Assembly (NCBI GenBank): GCA_964469265.1
Contig: CAYXYF010000001.1
Coordinates: 138,766 to 202,765 of the forward strand
Origin: an uncultured Bdellovibrionales bacterium
GTDB lineage: Bacteria; Bdellovibrionota; Bdellovibrionia; Bdellovibrionales; JAEYZS01
Length of the DNA: 64,000 nt
Direction: 5' to 3'
The translations under genes were made by a program, and so were the position numbers. The first letter of the stretch is position 1. Each line of letters begins with the position of its first letter. The notes beneath the pieces are model-generated. The model made no database searches, was not told the origin of the DNA, and saw nothing but the letters and a program-made list of their open reading frames with translations. This document shows positions 49,733 to 59,271 of the stretch, piece by piece.

Positions 49733-51201
49733 TGAAATTTTTAAAACAAAGTCTTCTAGAAACAAGAGCCAAAATTCGCGCTGGGGAAGTTAAGGCAGCA
49801 GATGTTGTGACAGAGTCCCTATCGCAAATTAAGAAATACGATAAAGAGATCAATTCATTTATTACGCTTAATGAACAAGCGCTAAAACAAGCAGAAGAAA
49901 TCGACAAAAAGATAAAAAACGGTGAAGAGGTCGGGCGGCTTGCAGGCATCCCAATTGCTGTAAAAGACTTGTTTTGTACAAAAGGTCTTCGTACGACGGC
50001 AGCTTCAAAAATTTTAAATGATTTTGTACCGCCTTACTCATCAACAGTGGTGGAGAGGCTTGAAGCCGAAGGTGCGATTATAATTGGTAAAACCAATTGC
50101 GATGAATTTGCGATGGGTTCTAGCAATGAGAACTCAGCTTTTGGGAATGTGCAAAATCCATGGAGAAAAGGCCATGTTGCCGGCGGCTCAAGTGGTGGAG
50201 CAGCAGCAGCCCAGGCAGCGCGGTTTGTTCTTGGCTCCTTAGGAACAGACACTGGTGGCTCTATTCGTCAACCAGCTAGTTTGTGTGGCCTTTACGGTAT
50301 AAAGCCTACCTATGGACGCGTGAGCCGCTATGGTGTAATTGCCTACGCATCGTCTTTGGATCAGCCGGGGCCAATGGCATCTTCGACAAAGGATGTTGCA
50401 GAAATTTTAAGTGTCATTGCGGGCCATGATAAAAATGATTCAACATCCTCTCAAGAAGCTGTTCCACATTATGTCGAATCTTTATCCAAAGACATGTCTA
50501 AAATGACAATTGGTATTCCCAAAGAATATTTCAGTGACGATTTAAATCCTGAAATTAAGGAAGTCGTTTTAAACGCGATCGAAAAACTAAAATCACAGGG
50601 CGCAACTTTTAAAGAAGTGAGCCTTCCTCACACCAAGCTTGCAGTTCCAGTCTATTATTTAATTGCAACAAGTGAAGCATCAAGCAACCTGTCTCGTTAC
50701 GATGGCATTCGGTACGGATTAAGAGTTTCATCTCAGGACCTTAACGAACTTTACAGCCAAACGCGCTCAGACGGTTTTGGAACAGAGGTCAAAAAGCGTA
50801 TTATGCTAGGTACATTTGCTCTGTCGAGCGGCTATTATGATGCTTATTACAAGAAAGCGTCACAAGTAAGAAGACTTATTCAACAAGATTTTTTAAAAGC
50901 GTTTACAGATTGTGATGCAATGATTTCACCAGTCACCACTTCAACGGCATTTAAAATTGGCGAGCGAATTAAAAATACAATTTCAATGTATTACAACGAT
51001 ATATTTACCACCTCAAGTAACCTTGCGGGCATTCCTAGCATGAGTATTCCAGGGGGGCTATCAAAGGACGGCCTTCCAATCGGAGTTCAAATCATGGCTC
51101 CGCATTTTAAAGAGCAAACAATTTTTAATATCTCTCAGAGTTTAGAAGAAAATCTTGGAGTTGATTTGGCAATGAAAGGTGGAATGATCGATGGCTTATA
51201 G
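49732..51201 (+). CDS. gatA: Asp/Glu-tRNA amidotransferase subunit A
   Basis: 489 aa with the amidase signature ...GGSSGGAAAA...GTDTGGSIRQPA.... TGATG overlap with gatC. Confidence 0.95.
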   Translation: MKFLKQSLLETRAKIRAGEVKAADVVTESLSQIKKYDKEINSFITLNEQALKQAEEIDKKIKNGEEVGRLAGIPIAVKDLFCTKGLRTTAASKILNDFVPPYSSTVVERLEAEGAIIIGKTNCDEFAMGSSNENSAFGNVQNPWRKGHVAGGSSGGAAAAQAARFVLGSLGTDTGGSIRQPASLCGLYGIKPTYGRVSRYGVIAYASSLDQPGPMASSTKDVAEILSVIAGHDKNDSTSSQEAVPHYVESLSKDMSKMTIGIPKEYFSDDLNPEIKEVVLNAIEKLKSQGATFKEVSLPHTKLAVPVYYLIATSEASSNLSRYDGIRYGLRVSSQDLNELYSQTRSDGFGTEVKKRIMLGTFALSSGYYDAYYKKASQVRRLIQQDFLKAFTDCDAMISPVTTSTAFKIGERIKNTISMYYNDIFTTSSNLAGIPSMSIPGGLSKDGLPIGVQIMAPHFKEQTIFNISQSLEENLGVDLAMKGGMIDGL

Positions 51202-52624
51202 TGATTATGAAACAGTAATCGGTTTAGAGATTCACGCACAGTTTTTGACAAACTCAAAACTTTTTTGCCGTTGTTCTGCTCGCTTCGGCGGTGGCGATAA
51301 TGAAAACACTTGTCCAGTTTGCACAGGAATGCCAGGAGCATTACCTGTATTGAATGAGAAGGTTGTGGAGTTTGCAGTAAAGACAGGCCTTGCTCTAAAC
51401 TGTAAAATCAACACACAGTCGTCTTTCTCTAGAAAAAACTATTTTTATCCTGATTTACCGAAGGGCTATCAGATATCTCAATTCGATGAGCCCGTCTGTG
51501 GCGAGGGCTTTGTAGAAATCATTGTAAATGGTGAAAAAAAGAAAATCGGTATTACAAGAGCTCATATCGAAGAAGACGCTGGAAAATCCACCCACCACGG
51601 TGAGTTTACGCTCGTAAACTTAAATCGTAGCTCAGTACCTCTTTTAGAAATTGTTTCAGAGCCAGATATGAGATCCCCACAAGAGGCTGCCGAATATGCT
51701 CGTACAATCCGATCCATTCTACGTTACCTCGGAGTTTGTGACGGAAACCTTGAAGAAGGTTCCATGCGCTGTGACTGTAACGTGAGTGTAAGAAAAAAGG
51801 GCGAAAAAAAGTTTGGCACAAGAGCTGAGTTAAAAAATATTAACTCTTTTAGATTTATCGAAAAAGCGATTCAGTACGAAGTCGAAAGACAAATTGACGC
51901 TATCGAGGCTGGAGAAACCATTGTCCAAGAGACAAGGCTCTATGACTCTGCAAAAAATAAAACTTTTTCAATGAGATCAAAAGAAGAAGCCCATGATTAC
52001 AGATATTTCCCAGAGCCAGATCTGCTTCCATTAGTGTTTGATGAGGCGTACGTAGAAAAAATAAAAACAAAATTGCCAGAGCTTCCTGCTGAAAGGGCTT
52101 CTCGGTTTTTGAAAGAATATAATATTCCAGAGTACGACGCTCAGATTATTACTTTAGAAAGAGAAATGGCAGACTACTATGAAGTTGTTGTCAAAGTTTG
52201 CAAAAATCCAAAGCTTGCTTCAAACTGGATTTTATCGGAGCTTCTAAGGGAGCTAAACAACTCTAAAACAGATATTGCTGACTGCCCGATAAAGCCTGAG
52301 GCGCTGGGCGAGATGATTGCGCTCATTGATGATGGGACAATATCGGGTCGAATAGCAAAAACAGTATTTGCAGAGATGTACTCCACTGGTAAGTCTGCAA
52401 ATGAAATAGTTAAGAGCCAGGGTTTGACTCAGGTGACAGACCCTGCGGCCATCGAAAAAATTATTGATGAAGTCATGGCGGCAAATCCAAATCAATTAAA
52501 CGATTACCGCTCAGGTAAGGAAAAATTATTTGGATTCTTCGTCGGTCAAGCGATGAAGGCCTCAAAGGGAATGGCCAGCCCAGACGTTCTCAATGAACTT
52601 TTAAAGAAAAAGCTAAAAGGATAA
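51191..52624 (+). CDS. gatB: Asp/Glu-tRNA amidotransferase subunit B
   Basis: 477 aa with ...YETVIGLEIHAQL...KLFC...PGALPVLN... and a C-terminal YqeY-like tail. Confidence 0.95.
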   Translation: MAYSDYETVIGLEIHAQFLTNSKLFCRCSARFGGGDNENTCPVCTGMPGALPVLNEKVVEFAVKTGLALNCKINTQSSFSRKNYFYPDLPKGYQISQFDEPVCGEGFVEIIVNGEKKKIGITRAHIEEDAGKSTHHGEFTLVNLNRSSVPLLEIVSEPDMRSPQEAAEYARTIRSILRYLGVCDGNLEEGSMRCDCNVSVRKKGEKKFGTRAELKNINSFRFIEKAIQYEVERQIDAIEAGETIVQETRLYDSAKNKTFSMRSKEEAHDYRYFPEPDLLPLVFDEAYVEKIKTKLPELPAERASRFLKEYNIPEYDAQIITLEREMADYYEVVVKVCKNPKLASNWILSELLRELNNSKTDIADCPIKPEALGEMIALIDDGTISGRIAKTVFAEMYSTGKSANEIVKSQGLTQVTDPAAIEKIIDEVMAANPNQLNDYRSGKEKLFGFFVGQAMKASKGMASPDVLNELLKKKLKG

Positions 52625-52640
52625 ACTAAAAGGAGTTTTT

Positions 52641-53642
52641 GTGAAGAAGACGATAATTATTCTTGCGATCATGCTGGGAGTAATTGTCGCGCTTTTATCT
52701 ATCATTCCCCTCTTTATTGATATCAACAAACACGTGAAGCCTCTTTTGGTTTCTGCTGTTGAAGAGAACACTGAATTTAAAATCGATTTATCAGATCTCA
52801 AGTTAACGTTATATCAAGGCGTGCGTCTTTCTACAGATGCAGTAAAAATCACGAAAGAAGATTTAGAAATTGTCGTTTCTAAAGTAGAAATCATTGCTCC
52901 CTACTCTGCCCTTCTAAGATCTCCTCAAAAATTGATGGATTCGCTTAAAGTCGGATTAAGGGCTTCAAAAATCTCGATTAACAATAAATTGTTAATCATA
53001 GAGGGGTTTGGGAGTGACCTCGTTAAAACTAAGGATCATATAAGAATTGATAATGGGCGCTTTAGAGCTTTTGACGGCCAAGGGTATGCAACCGCCGTGA
53101 CCAATTTAAGCGGAGATGTCACAACAAATCTTGAATTTGAAGTAAGGAACGGTCGCTGGCCAGTTCAAAAACTAAAAGATGAGCTTATAGAAAAAGTAAA
53201 AGATATACCGCGCGCAGAGAAGCTTGTGCGTGATTTTCACATTGATGATCGTTTTGAATCCTTAAAAGGAAAAATTGTAACGAGCGATGAAACCATAAGA
53301 GTTGAATCTATAAACCTAAATATTCCTGCAAATGAAATCGCCGTTAACGGATCAGGAACAATTGTGAAAAAGCAGCTGAAAATGACGGCGCAGCTTTTGA
53401 TACCTCTTAACAACATACCGTCAGATTTAAAAGCTTCAGATGGGCGCGCAAAGATTCCATTAGACATTGCAGGCACAACCGCTGATCCAAAAGTTATATG
53501 GGACCGAGCCATTGACCTCGTTGTTCGTGCGTACACAAAAGACGAAGGAAAAGAAATTTTAAAAAAAGAAGTTAAAAGGCTTAAAGAGAAATTACTAAAA
53601 GATGAAAAGGTAAAAGATTTCATTGAGGGATTAAAATTTTGA
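52641..53642 (+). CDS. AsmA-family-like envelope protein (short)
   Basis: GTG start with AAGGAG RBS. N-terminal TM anchor, repetitive beta-rich body, and C-terminal ...IPLDIAGTTADPKV... typical of AsmA-like C-termini. Confidence 0.55.
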   Translation: MKKTIIILAIMLGVIVALLSIIPLFIDINKHVKPLLVSAVEENTEFKIDLSDLKLTLYQGVRLSTDAVKITKEDLEIVVSKVEIIAPYSALLRSPQKLMDSLKVGLRASKISINNKLLIIEGFGSDLVKTKDHIRIDNGRFRAFDGQGYATAVTNLSGDVTTNLEFEVRNGRWPVQKLKDELIEKVKDIPRAEKLVRDFHIDDRFESLKGKIVTSDETIRVESINLNIPANEIAVNGSGTIVKKQLKMTAQLLIPLNNIPSDLKASDGRAKIPLDIAGTTADPKVIWDRAIDLVVRAYTKDEGKEILKKEVKRLKEKLLKDEKVKDFIEGLKF

Positions 53643-54535
53643 GAGTGGCTGCAATTGATTTAGGTTCAAATTCATTTTTATGTTTAATTGCGGAAGCAGG
53701 CAAAAACGGTCAGTTAAAAGAACTCTACGATACAATCGAATACGTCAAACTCGGTGAGGGAGTTCATCAAAATAAAGTTTTTAGTGAGGGTGCCCTCAAG
53801 CGAGCTGAAGACGCATTTATTAAATTCGATCGGCTTATAAAAAAGTACAACGTAGATAAAGTCGTATCCGTTGCGACAAGTGCAGCTCGCGACGTTTCAA
53901 ACCGTGATCGCTTTTTTGATCTGGGGAAAAAATATAATATTCCCATTGATATCGTTTCTGGTGAGAGAGAAGCCGAGCTAACTTATCTAGGGGTACTATC
54001 GGGGCGACCTGATCGACCGAATTTTTGTGTGATCGATATTGGCGGCGGATCAACAGAGTTTGCTTATAAAAAACAAGATAAGCTGCATGCAGTAAGTTTT
54101 AATATCGGATGTGTGCGGCTTACAGAATTATTTTTGCACTCAGAACCCGAGGTAGCGACTGAAATCAATGCTTTTAGAAATTATTTAAAAAAGAATTTAG
54201 TGAATATAGATTTTGGTGGTTTAGAGCTTGTCGGAGTTGCAGGAACGCCCACTACCCTAGCATCTCTTCATTTAGAAAAAGATTTTGATCCAACTTTAAT
54301 TGATAATTTTGAATTAACTAAAGGCCATATTGGTCAGCTTATAGAAAAGATGAATAAACTAACCGTTGGAGAGCGAAGACAGCTAAAAGGTATCGACGCT
54401 CCTCGCGCAGACGTGATTATGGCAGGTGCGCTAATTTTGGAACATGTTTTAGAAGAGACAGGCCTTGATAAAATCACGGTCTCAAGCCGCGGAGTTCGTT
54501 ACGGACTCGCGTTTCAAACTCTGGGATGTAAATGA
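53639..54535 (+). CDS. Ppx/GppA family phosphatase
   Basis: 298 aa with RVAAIDLGSNSF...DIGGGSTE... (ASKHA-fold phosphate loops). Confidence 0.85.
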   Translation: MRVAAIDLGSNSFLCLIAEAGKNGQLKELYDTIEYVKLGEGVHQNKVFSEGALKRAEDAFIKFDRLIKKYNVDKVVSVATSAARDVSNRDRFFDLGKKYNIPIDIVSGEREAELTYLGVLSGRPDRPNFCVIDIGGGSTEFAYKKQDKLHAVSFNIGCVRLTELFLHSEPEVATEINAFRNYLKKNLVNIDFGGLELVGVAGTPTTLASLHLEKDFDPTLIDNFELTKGHIGQLIEKMNKLTVGERRQLKGIDAPRADVIMAGALILEHVLEETGLDKITVSSRGVRYGLAFQTLGCK

Positions 54536-54987
54536 AAAAACTTTTATTTATTATAATTCTTAGTTTTTTTTCAGTAAGTTCTTATGGCCAGTTATTTGGT
54601 AAGGTCGACTGCGATCTTATCTTGAAGGCTGAGTTTAAAAAACGGAAAATCCAGGTCTGCAACAAGACTTTAGATGTGGAAATTGCCGATAATGATTGGC
54701 TTCGAAGCATAGGACTTATGTGCAGAAAAGAGCTTGCGAAGGGCTCTGGGATGCTATTTATTTTCGATAGTCCTAGAAAACTTTCTTTTTGGATGAAGAG
54801 CACCTATATACCTTTATCTATTGCCTATTTTACAAAAGATAAAGTCCTAAGAGACGTGTTCCACATGGAGCCACTCAACGATAAAAAGACTTACGTCAGT
54901 ACAAAAGATTCTTTGTATGCTCTTGAAGTTAATCGGGGTTGGTTTGAAGAAAACAAAATTAAGGCTGGCTGTAAACTCGAATTGTAA
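54532..54987 (+). CDS. DUF192 domain protein
   Basis: 151 aa with a signal peptide and ...VEIADNDWLRSIGLM...GMLFIF...FWMKSTYIPLSIAYF.... Confidence 0.75.
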   Translation: MKKLLFIIILSFFSVSSYGQLFGKVDCDLILKAEFKKRKIQVCNKTLDVEIADNDWLRSIGLMCRKELAKGSGMLFIFDSPRKLSFWMKSTYIPLSIAYFTKDKVLRDVFHMEPLNDKKTYVSTKDSLYALEVNRGWFEENKIKAGCKLEL

Positions 54988-55136
54988 CGAGCTAGCCTAA
55001 CAACCGCACGACTAGACCCTCTAGGAAAAAACTCTTTTAACATATGCTCAATTAGTGATTTAATATTTATAGCAGGGTGACGATATGTATTTGTAAGAAT
55101 ATATATTTTTTAATTTAGCAACAAGGAAATTTGCCC

Positions 55137-56477
55137 ATGAAATTCAAAGTACTAACATTATTACTAACCTTAGGTCTTCTGGTAAACGTGGGATGTTCAT
55201 CGTCGAGTCCCGAAGATGTTGATTTAGAAATGGCAGATGCGGAAAACTCTGAGTTCTACGGAGAAGGCGAAGAGTTCGCCGAGGGCGATTTCGTAGACAG
55301 TGCTGACGATTTTGCTGAAGGAAGCTTTGAAGGTGAAGAATTTGCAGGCGGCGAAGAGTTTGTAGACGATTTAGCTCCAACAGATGACTTTGCAGCAGAT
55401 GAAGAAGTTGTAGCTGGTACTGATACTGCTTTTGATAGCGGCGGAGAGTTTGTGGATACATCCTTTGACTCTGCTCCAGCGGAAGAAAGTGTTTTTGAAG
55501 ACACAACGTCTTTTGCTGACGCTCCAGCAGAACCTGCGCCAACATATGATGATAGTTCGTACGCAGACACTTCTTATTCAGATAGTTCATATGAAGACAC
55601 TTCTTATGACGACACTTCTTACAGTGATTCTGGTTATGATACTGCAGGGACTACCAGCTATGATAGCGTTAGCGACACGCCAAGATGGGTTCCTGTAAAG
55701 AAGATCGCGACAATCCCATTTACTAAAAATGGTGTGCTTGTAAACGCTGTTTATCTTGCACGACCAGGTGATGACTTAACATCTATTTCTCAAAAAATTT
55801 GGGGAATGGACAATTCAAGTGAAATTCTGAAGGTGAATCCAAACTTAGCAAATGCTGTTAAGGTTGGTGATAAAGTATATTACAATTCTCCGAAGCGTCC
55901 TCAAGACTCAAGCAGTCTACTGACATATTATGAAGATAATGGAATCGCTGCTCAAACATACGTTTCCCAAGACGGAGATAACATTAGAGCCGTTTCCAAA
56001 AATCTCTTAGGTGATGAGAACTCATGGAAAGAAGTTTGGGCAACAAACTTTGATGTTGAATCAAAAGCTGAGATTGCAGGTGGATTACAGTTAAGATACT
56101 GGCCAGCGGGTGCAGTAGCGGCTCCTTCTTTACCAAGCATGGCGCAAACTATGCCTGAGCCAGTTGAAGAAGCTCCAATGATGCCAGAGCCAACACCTGA
56201 CATGCCCGTTGCGGATTCATCAATGGACATGATGCAAGACGATTTCGCACTTCCAGACGACATGGCAACAGCTGGTACAATGGCAGCAGTTGAGCCGCCT
56301 CCACCGCCGCCGCCACCACAACCTGCTCAAAAAACTGTAGCATCAAGCGAAGAAAAAGACTTAACGTTTATGCTCTCTGCAGGCGGCCTACTGTTGGTCG
56401 GAGTCGGAATACTACTTGGTATTATCAGAAAGGGTAGAGCGCGTAAGATGAGCATGAATACTCATACGCAAATCTAA
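55137..56477 (+). CDS. acidic-repeat LysM-domain envelope protein (FimV-like architecture)
   Basis: ATG at 55137 (AAGGAAA upstream). Lipobox LVNVGC, a ~150-aa D/E/S/Y-rich repeat region, two LysM-like segments, a Pro run (PPPPPPPPQP), a C-terminal TM and a basic tail. Confidence 0.75.
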   Translation: MKFKVLTLLLTLGLLVNVGCSSSSPEDVDLEMADAENSEFYGEGEEFAEGDFVDSADDFAEGSFEGEEFAGGEEFVDDLAPTDDFAADEEVVAGTDTAFDSGGEFVDTSFDSAPAEESVFEDTTSFADAPAEPAPTYDDSSYADTSYSDSSYEDTSYDDTSYSDSGYDTAGTTSYDSVSDTPRWVPVKKIATIPFTKNGVLVNAVYLARPGDDLTSISQKIWGMDNSSEILKVNPNLANAVKVGDKVYYNSPKRPQDSSSLLTYYEDNGIAAQTYVSQDGDNIRAVSKNLLGDENSWKEVWATNFDVESKAEIAGGLQLRYWPAGAVAAPSLPSMAQTMPEPVEEAPMMPEPTPDMPVADSSMDMMQDDFALPDDMATAGTMAAVEPPPPPPPPQPAQKTVASSEEKDLTFMLSAGGLLLVGVGILLGIIRKGRARKMSMNTHTQI

Positions 56478-56507
56478 TTTAAGACAAAATAAAGTCGAAA
56501 CAAAAAA

Positions 56508-56532
56508 CCCAAGCCGAGTGCTTGGGTTTTTT
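56508..56532. terminator. intrinsic terminator (bidirectional-looking) between the LysM gene and the PilZ gene
   Basis: A6-CCCAAG-ccgagtg-CTTGGG-T6. Confidence 0.8.
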
Positions 56533-56568
56533 ATTATCTAAAGAAACTTTTTTTAAAAGTTTGCTTTT

Positions 56569-56937
56569 TTAAATCGCTTTTTTAAAGATAGTCTCAAGAA
56601 TTGATCGGCGATTCTCTCGAGAGGATTCGACAAAGTACATGAGGTCATCAATAAGCTGAACATCACGATTGTTGAATGGGAGGAAATTAACTCCTGCTCC
56701 AGATTCGTTTTTCCAAACGATGGTTGCTTGAATCTTTCTGCGTCTTCCACTGACTTCAAAGTAAAGACAAAGCTTTTCTTGTGTTTGTAGTTTTGCTGTA
56801 TCCGTTTTTAAAAATGCCCCTGTTAAGCTAATATTGGAAAGCACTCCTTTGGAGTCTTGTCTTGCGTAAGACTTCTTATAATTGATATCCAAAGCTAACG
56901 GAATACGTCGCGCTGGGGTCTTGGTTGGCTCCATCAT
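56569..56937 (-). CDS. PilZ domain protein
   Basis: 122 aa with ...RRIPLAL... and the N-x-S-x-x-G motif (SNISLTGAFL). The RxxxR motif is incomplete. Confidence 0.65.
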   Translation of the reverse strand: MMEPTKTPARRIPLALDINYKKSYARQDSKGVLSNISLTGAFLKTDTAKLQTQEKLCLYFEVSGRRRKIQATIVWKNESGAGVNFLPFNNRDVQLIDDLMYFVESSRENRRSILETIFKKAI

Positions 56938-57214
56938 AAAATTTACTCCTCGGCCTATGTAGATATATCGGCATTTATTAGAGAAATTTAAGTATTCTCA
57001 TAGTGAGACAAATGTGTTTCAAAGTGATAAAAAACCAAGGGATACGGCCACTTAAAAAGAAATTTGAATTGAGCATTGACAAAATTCTCAAACTGAAGAA
57101 AATAGAAGAATCCAAGGACTTCAAACCCATTAAAATCCATCACATTATGATCGATCAATGGTAATTCAACCTGTTTTTTAATCAAAAGATTCCATCCACA
57201 AGGAGATAGTATTA

Positions 57215-58828
57215 ATGTCTGAAGAAAAGAAAAGCTCTGAGGAAGGGCAGAAGAAGAGATCATTTCGTGCAAAAAAGCCTGAGTCTCAAGAAGAATCCTC
57301 TGCAGCTCCAGCGAAAGAAGCAAGAGAAACAAAAGAAACCAAAGAAGACTCTCAGCGCGACAGTGGGGGCAATAATGGAAACGGCGGCAGAAGAAATAAC
57401 CGCAACCACGATAGAAAGAATTTCCGTAGAGACCGAAACGATCGAAATGACAGACATAACGACAGACACAACGAGAGATACGAGGCCCAAGATGCTGACA
57501 ACGGCAATGGAGATAATGGCATAAACGGAGATGAAGAAGAAGATATAGCCGTTCAGCTCACCGAAGAAGAAAGAAAAGAGCTAAACTCCAAAGACCTAAA
57601 AACTAAAAACATCACTCAACTCTTAGAACTTGCAAATAAACTTGGTGTTGCTCATGCCGCGGGTATGAGACGACAAGATATGATATTTGAAATCTTAAAA
57701 AGAGCAGCAAGATTTGGAGACATTTATGGTCACGGAGTTCTTGAAATCCTACCAGACGGTTACGGATTTTTAAGATCACCAGATTATAACTACCTTCCAG
57801 GTCCCGATGACATTTACGTCAGTCCGTCACAGATTAGAAGAATTGGTTTAAGAACAGGGGATACCGTTAGCGGAACTGTTCGACCGCCGAAGGACGGAGA
57901 GAGATATTTTGCGCTTCTTAAGATTGAAACCCTTAACCACGAGGCTCCTGAAAAAGCGAAGGAAAAGATTTTATTTGATAACTTAACTCCGCTTTATCCT
58001 GAAAAAAGATTAAATCTCGAGTTCACACCAAACAACTACACAACAAGAGTTATCGACTTAATGTCTCCGCTCGGTAAAGGGCAAAGAGCATTGATTGTTG
58101 CTCCTCCAAGAACAGGTAAAACGGTTCTAATGCAAGAGGTAGCCAATGCGATTTCTACCAATCATCCAGAGGTAAAACTAATTGTATTGTTAATTGATGA
58201 AAGACCTGAGGAAGTAACTGATATGCTCCGAAGCGTGAAGGGCGAAGTTGTTTCATCAACTTTTGATGAGCCGCCAACTCGTCACGTACAGGTTGCAGAA
58301 ATGGTTATTGAAAAAGCAAAGCGTCTTGTTGAGCATAAGCATGATGTGGTGATTCTTTTAGACTCCATCACTCGTCTTGCAAGAGCATACAACACGGTTG
58401 TTCCTCCATCTGGAAAAATCTTATCTGGTGGTGTAGATTCAAATGCTCTTCATAAGCCAAAAAGATTTTTTGGTGCCGCAAGAAATATCGAAGAAGGCGG
58501 TAGCTTAACCATCATTGCAACAGCTCTTATTGATACGGGCTCAAGAATGGATGAAGTTATTTTTGAGGAATTTAAAGGAACAGGTAACGCTGAAATCCAC
58601 CTTGACCGAAAACTCATGGAAAAACGTATTTTCCCTTGCATGGACATCAATAAATCAGGCACTCGAAAAGAGGATCTCCTCATCGATAAGGCCGATTTAA
58701 ACCGAATTTGGATCCTTCGTAAGGTTCTGGCTCCGATGAACGTTGTGGATAGTATGGAGTTCATTTTAGGGAAACTCTCTGAAACCAAATCTAATACAGA
58801 GTTCCTAGCCAACATGGGTGGCAAGTAA
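57215..58828 (+). CDS. rho: transcription termination factor Rho with a ~120-aa N-terminal low-complexity extension
   Basis: 537 aa. From residue ~122 it is colinear with E. coli Rho (419 aa): ...[14 protein letters not shown]..., Walker A PPRTGKT, ...LIDERPEEV.... Residues 1-121 are K/E/S-rich, then N/R/D/G-rich. Confidence 0.96.
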   Translation: MSEEKKSSEEGQKKRSFRAKKPESQEESSAAPAKEARETKETKEDSQRDSGGNNGNGGRRNNRNHDRKNFRRDRNDRNDRHNDRHNERYEAQDADNGNGDNGINGDEEEDIAVQLTEEERKELNSKDLKTKNITQLLELANKLGVAHAAGMRRQDMIFEILKRAARFGDIYGHGVLEILPDGYGFLRSPDYNYLPGPDDIYVSPSQIRRIGLRTGDTVSGTVRPPKDGERYFALLKIETLNHEAPEKAKEKILFDNLTPLYPEKRLNLEFTPNNYTTRVIDLMSPLGKGQRALIVAPPRTGKTVLMQEVANAISTNHPEVKLIVLLIDERPEEVTDMLRSVKGEVVSSTFDEPPTRHVQVAEMVIEKAKRLVEHKHDVVILLDSITRLARAYNTVVPPSGKILSGGVDSNALHKPKRFFGAARNIEEGGSLTIIATALIDTGSRMDEVIFEEFKGTGNAEIHLDRKLMEKRIFPCMDINKSGTRKEDLLIDKADLNRIWILRKVLAPMNVVDSMEFILGKLSETKSNTEFLANMGGK

Positions 58829-59029
58829 GTATTTGAATTAATTAGTTAATTAAGTGGTTTTTTCGGTGCGCCGCAAAAACAGCAGCGCGCCGCTGAGCGT
58901 CTAAAAGAATGTGGAAAAGTCTGTGTACGAAGAGGGTGGGGGGTCCAGTTTTGAAAAATTCGCCCAATCGCTTGATTTTACACCGAAATGATGAGAGAAA
59001 GTTGCACTTCACGTGAAAGGAAAATTGTC

Positions 59030-59245
59030 ATGAAGCCGAACATCCATCCGGAATATTTTGATTCTACTGTCGTTTGTGTTTGTGGAGAAACATACCAAAC
59101 TAAATCGACTAAAAAAGAGTTACGTGTTGATATTTGCAGCAACTGCCATCCGTTTTATACTGGTAAACAAAAACTAGTCGACGTTGAGGGGCGTGTTGAG
59201 AAATTCCAAAAGCGTTACGCAAATTTTTCTCGCAAAACTAAGTAA
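59030..59245 (+). CDS. rpmE: 50S ribosomal protein L31 (Cys-containing, zinc-ribbon type)
   Basis: ATG at 59030 gives [10 protein letters not shown]...CVCGE...[13 protein letters not shown].... Confidence 0.93.
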   Translation: MKPNIHPEYFDSTVVCVCGETYQTKSTKKELRVDICSNCHPFYTGKQKLVDVEGRVEKFQKRYANFSRKTK

Positions 59246-59271
59246 ATTCCTAAAATTTAATTGGCCTTCGT

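Noticed and set aside
53237-53623. Other embedded antisense ORFs over 100 aa: 53237-53623 in the asmA-like gene, 58450-58824 in rho, 9466-9825 in gyrB, 33785-34135 in ftsK, 13640-13951 in atpI, 14077-14406 in atpB and 39228-39581 in tal.
   Set aside because: Each lies wholly within a conserved gene on the opposite strand and has no recognisable motifs or translation signals. This is typical of shadow ORFs.
55144-55590. Long antisense or alternate-frame ORFs inside the acidic LysM gene (55144-55590 minus, 55256-55570 minus, 55432-55698 plus, 55952-56263 minus, 56149-56346 minus).
   Set aside because: They are by-products of the GA/GAA-rich, stop-poor repetitive coding sequence. They are low-complexity, have no RBS, and lie fully inside a well-supported gene.
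57076-57214. The rho leader: a perfect TTGACA at 57076-57081 and a C-over-G-biased leader (about 23 C versus 13 G over ~105 nt), suggestive of Rho autoregulatory attenuation.
   Set aside because: I found no convincing -10 hexamer at 16-18 bp spacing and the C/G bias is modest. The idea is plausible from E. coli precedent but the sequence alone does not support it.
56988-57332. A 114-aa minus-strand ORF spanning the rho upstream region and the rho start.
   Set aside because: It overlaps the rho 5' end, has an odd composition, no RBS and no family resemblance. The region is better explained as the rho promoter and leader.
58864-58892. A GC-rich 8-bp hairpin (CGGTGCGC...GCGCGCCG, 13-nt loop) 36 nt after the rho stop, conspicuous in an AT-rich genome.
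   Set aside because: No T-run follows it, so it is not a classical intrinsic terminator, and I recognise no known RNA family. It may be an mRNA 3' stabiliser, but the evidence is too thin to call it a feature.
59008-59017. A 10-bp palindrome TTCACGTGAA just upstream of the rpmE RBS that resembles the core of parS (TGTTTCACGTGAAACA).
   Set aside because: Only 11 of 16 positions match parS, and the outer arms, which matter for ParB binding, do not match. It is more likely a chance palindrome or a small leader hairpin. It also does not look like a Zur box.
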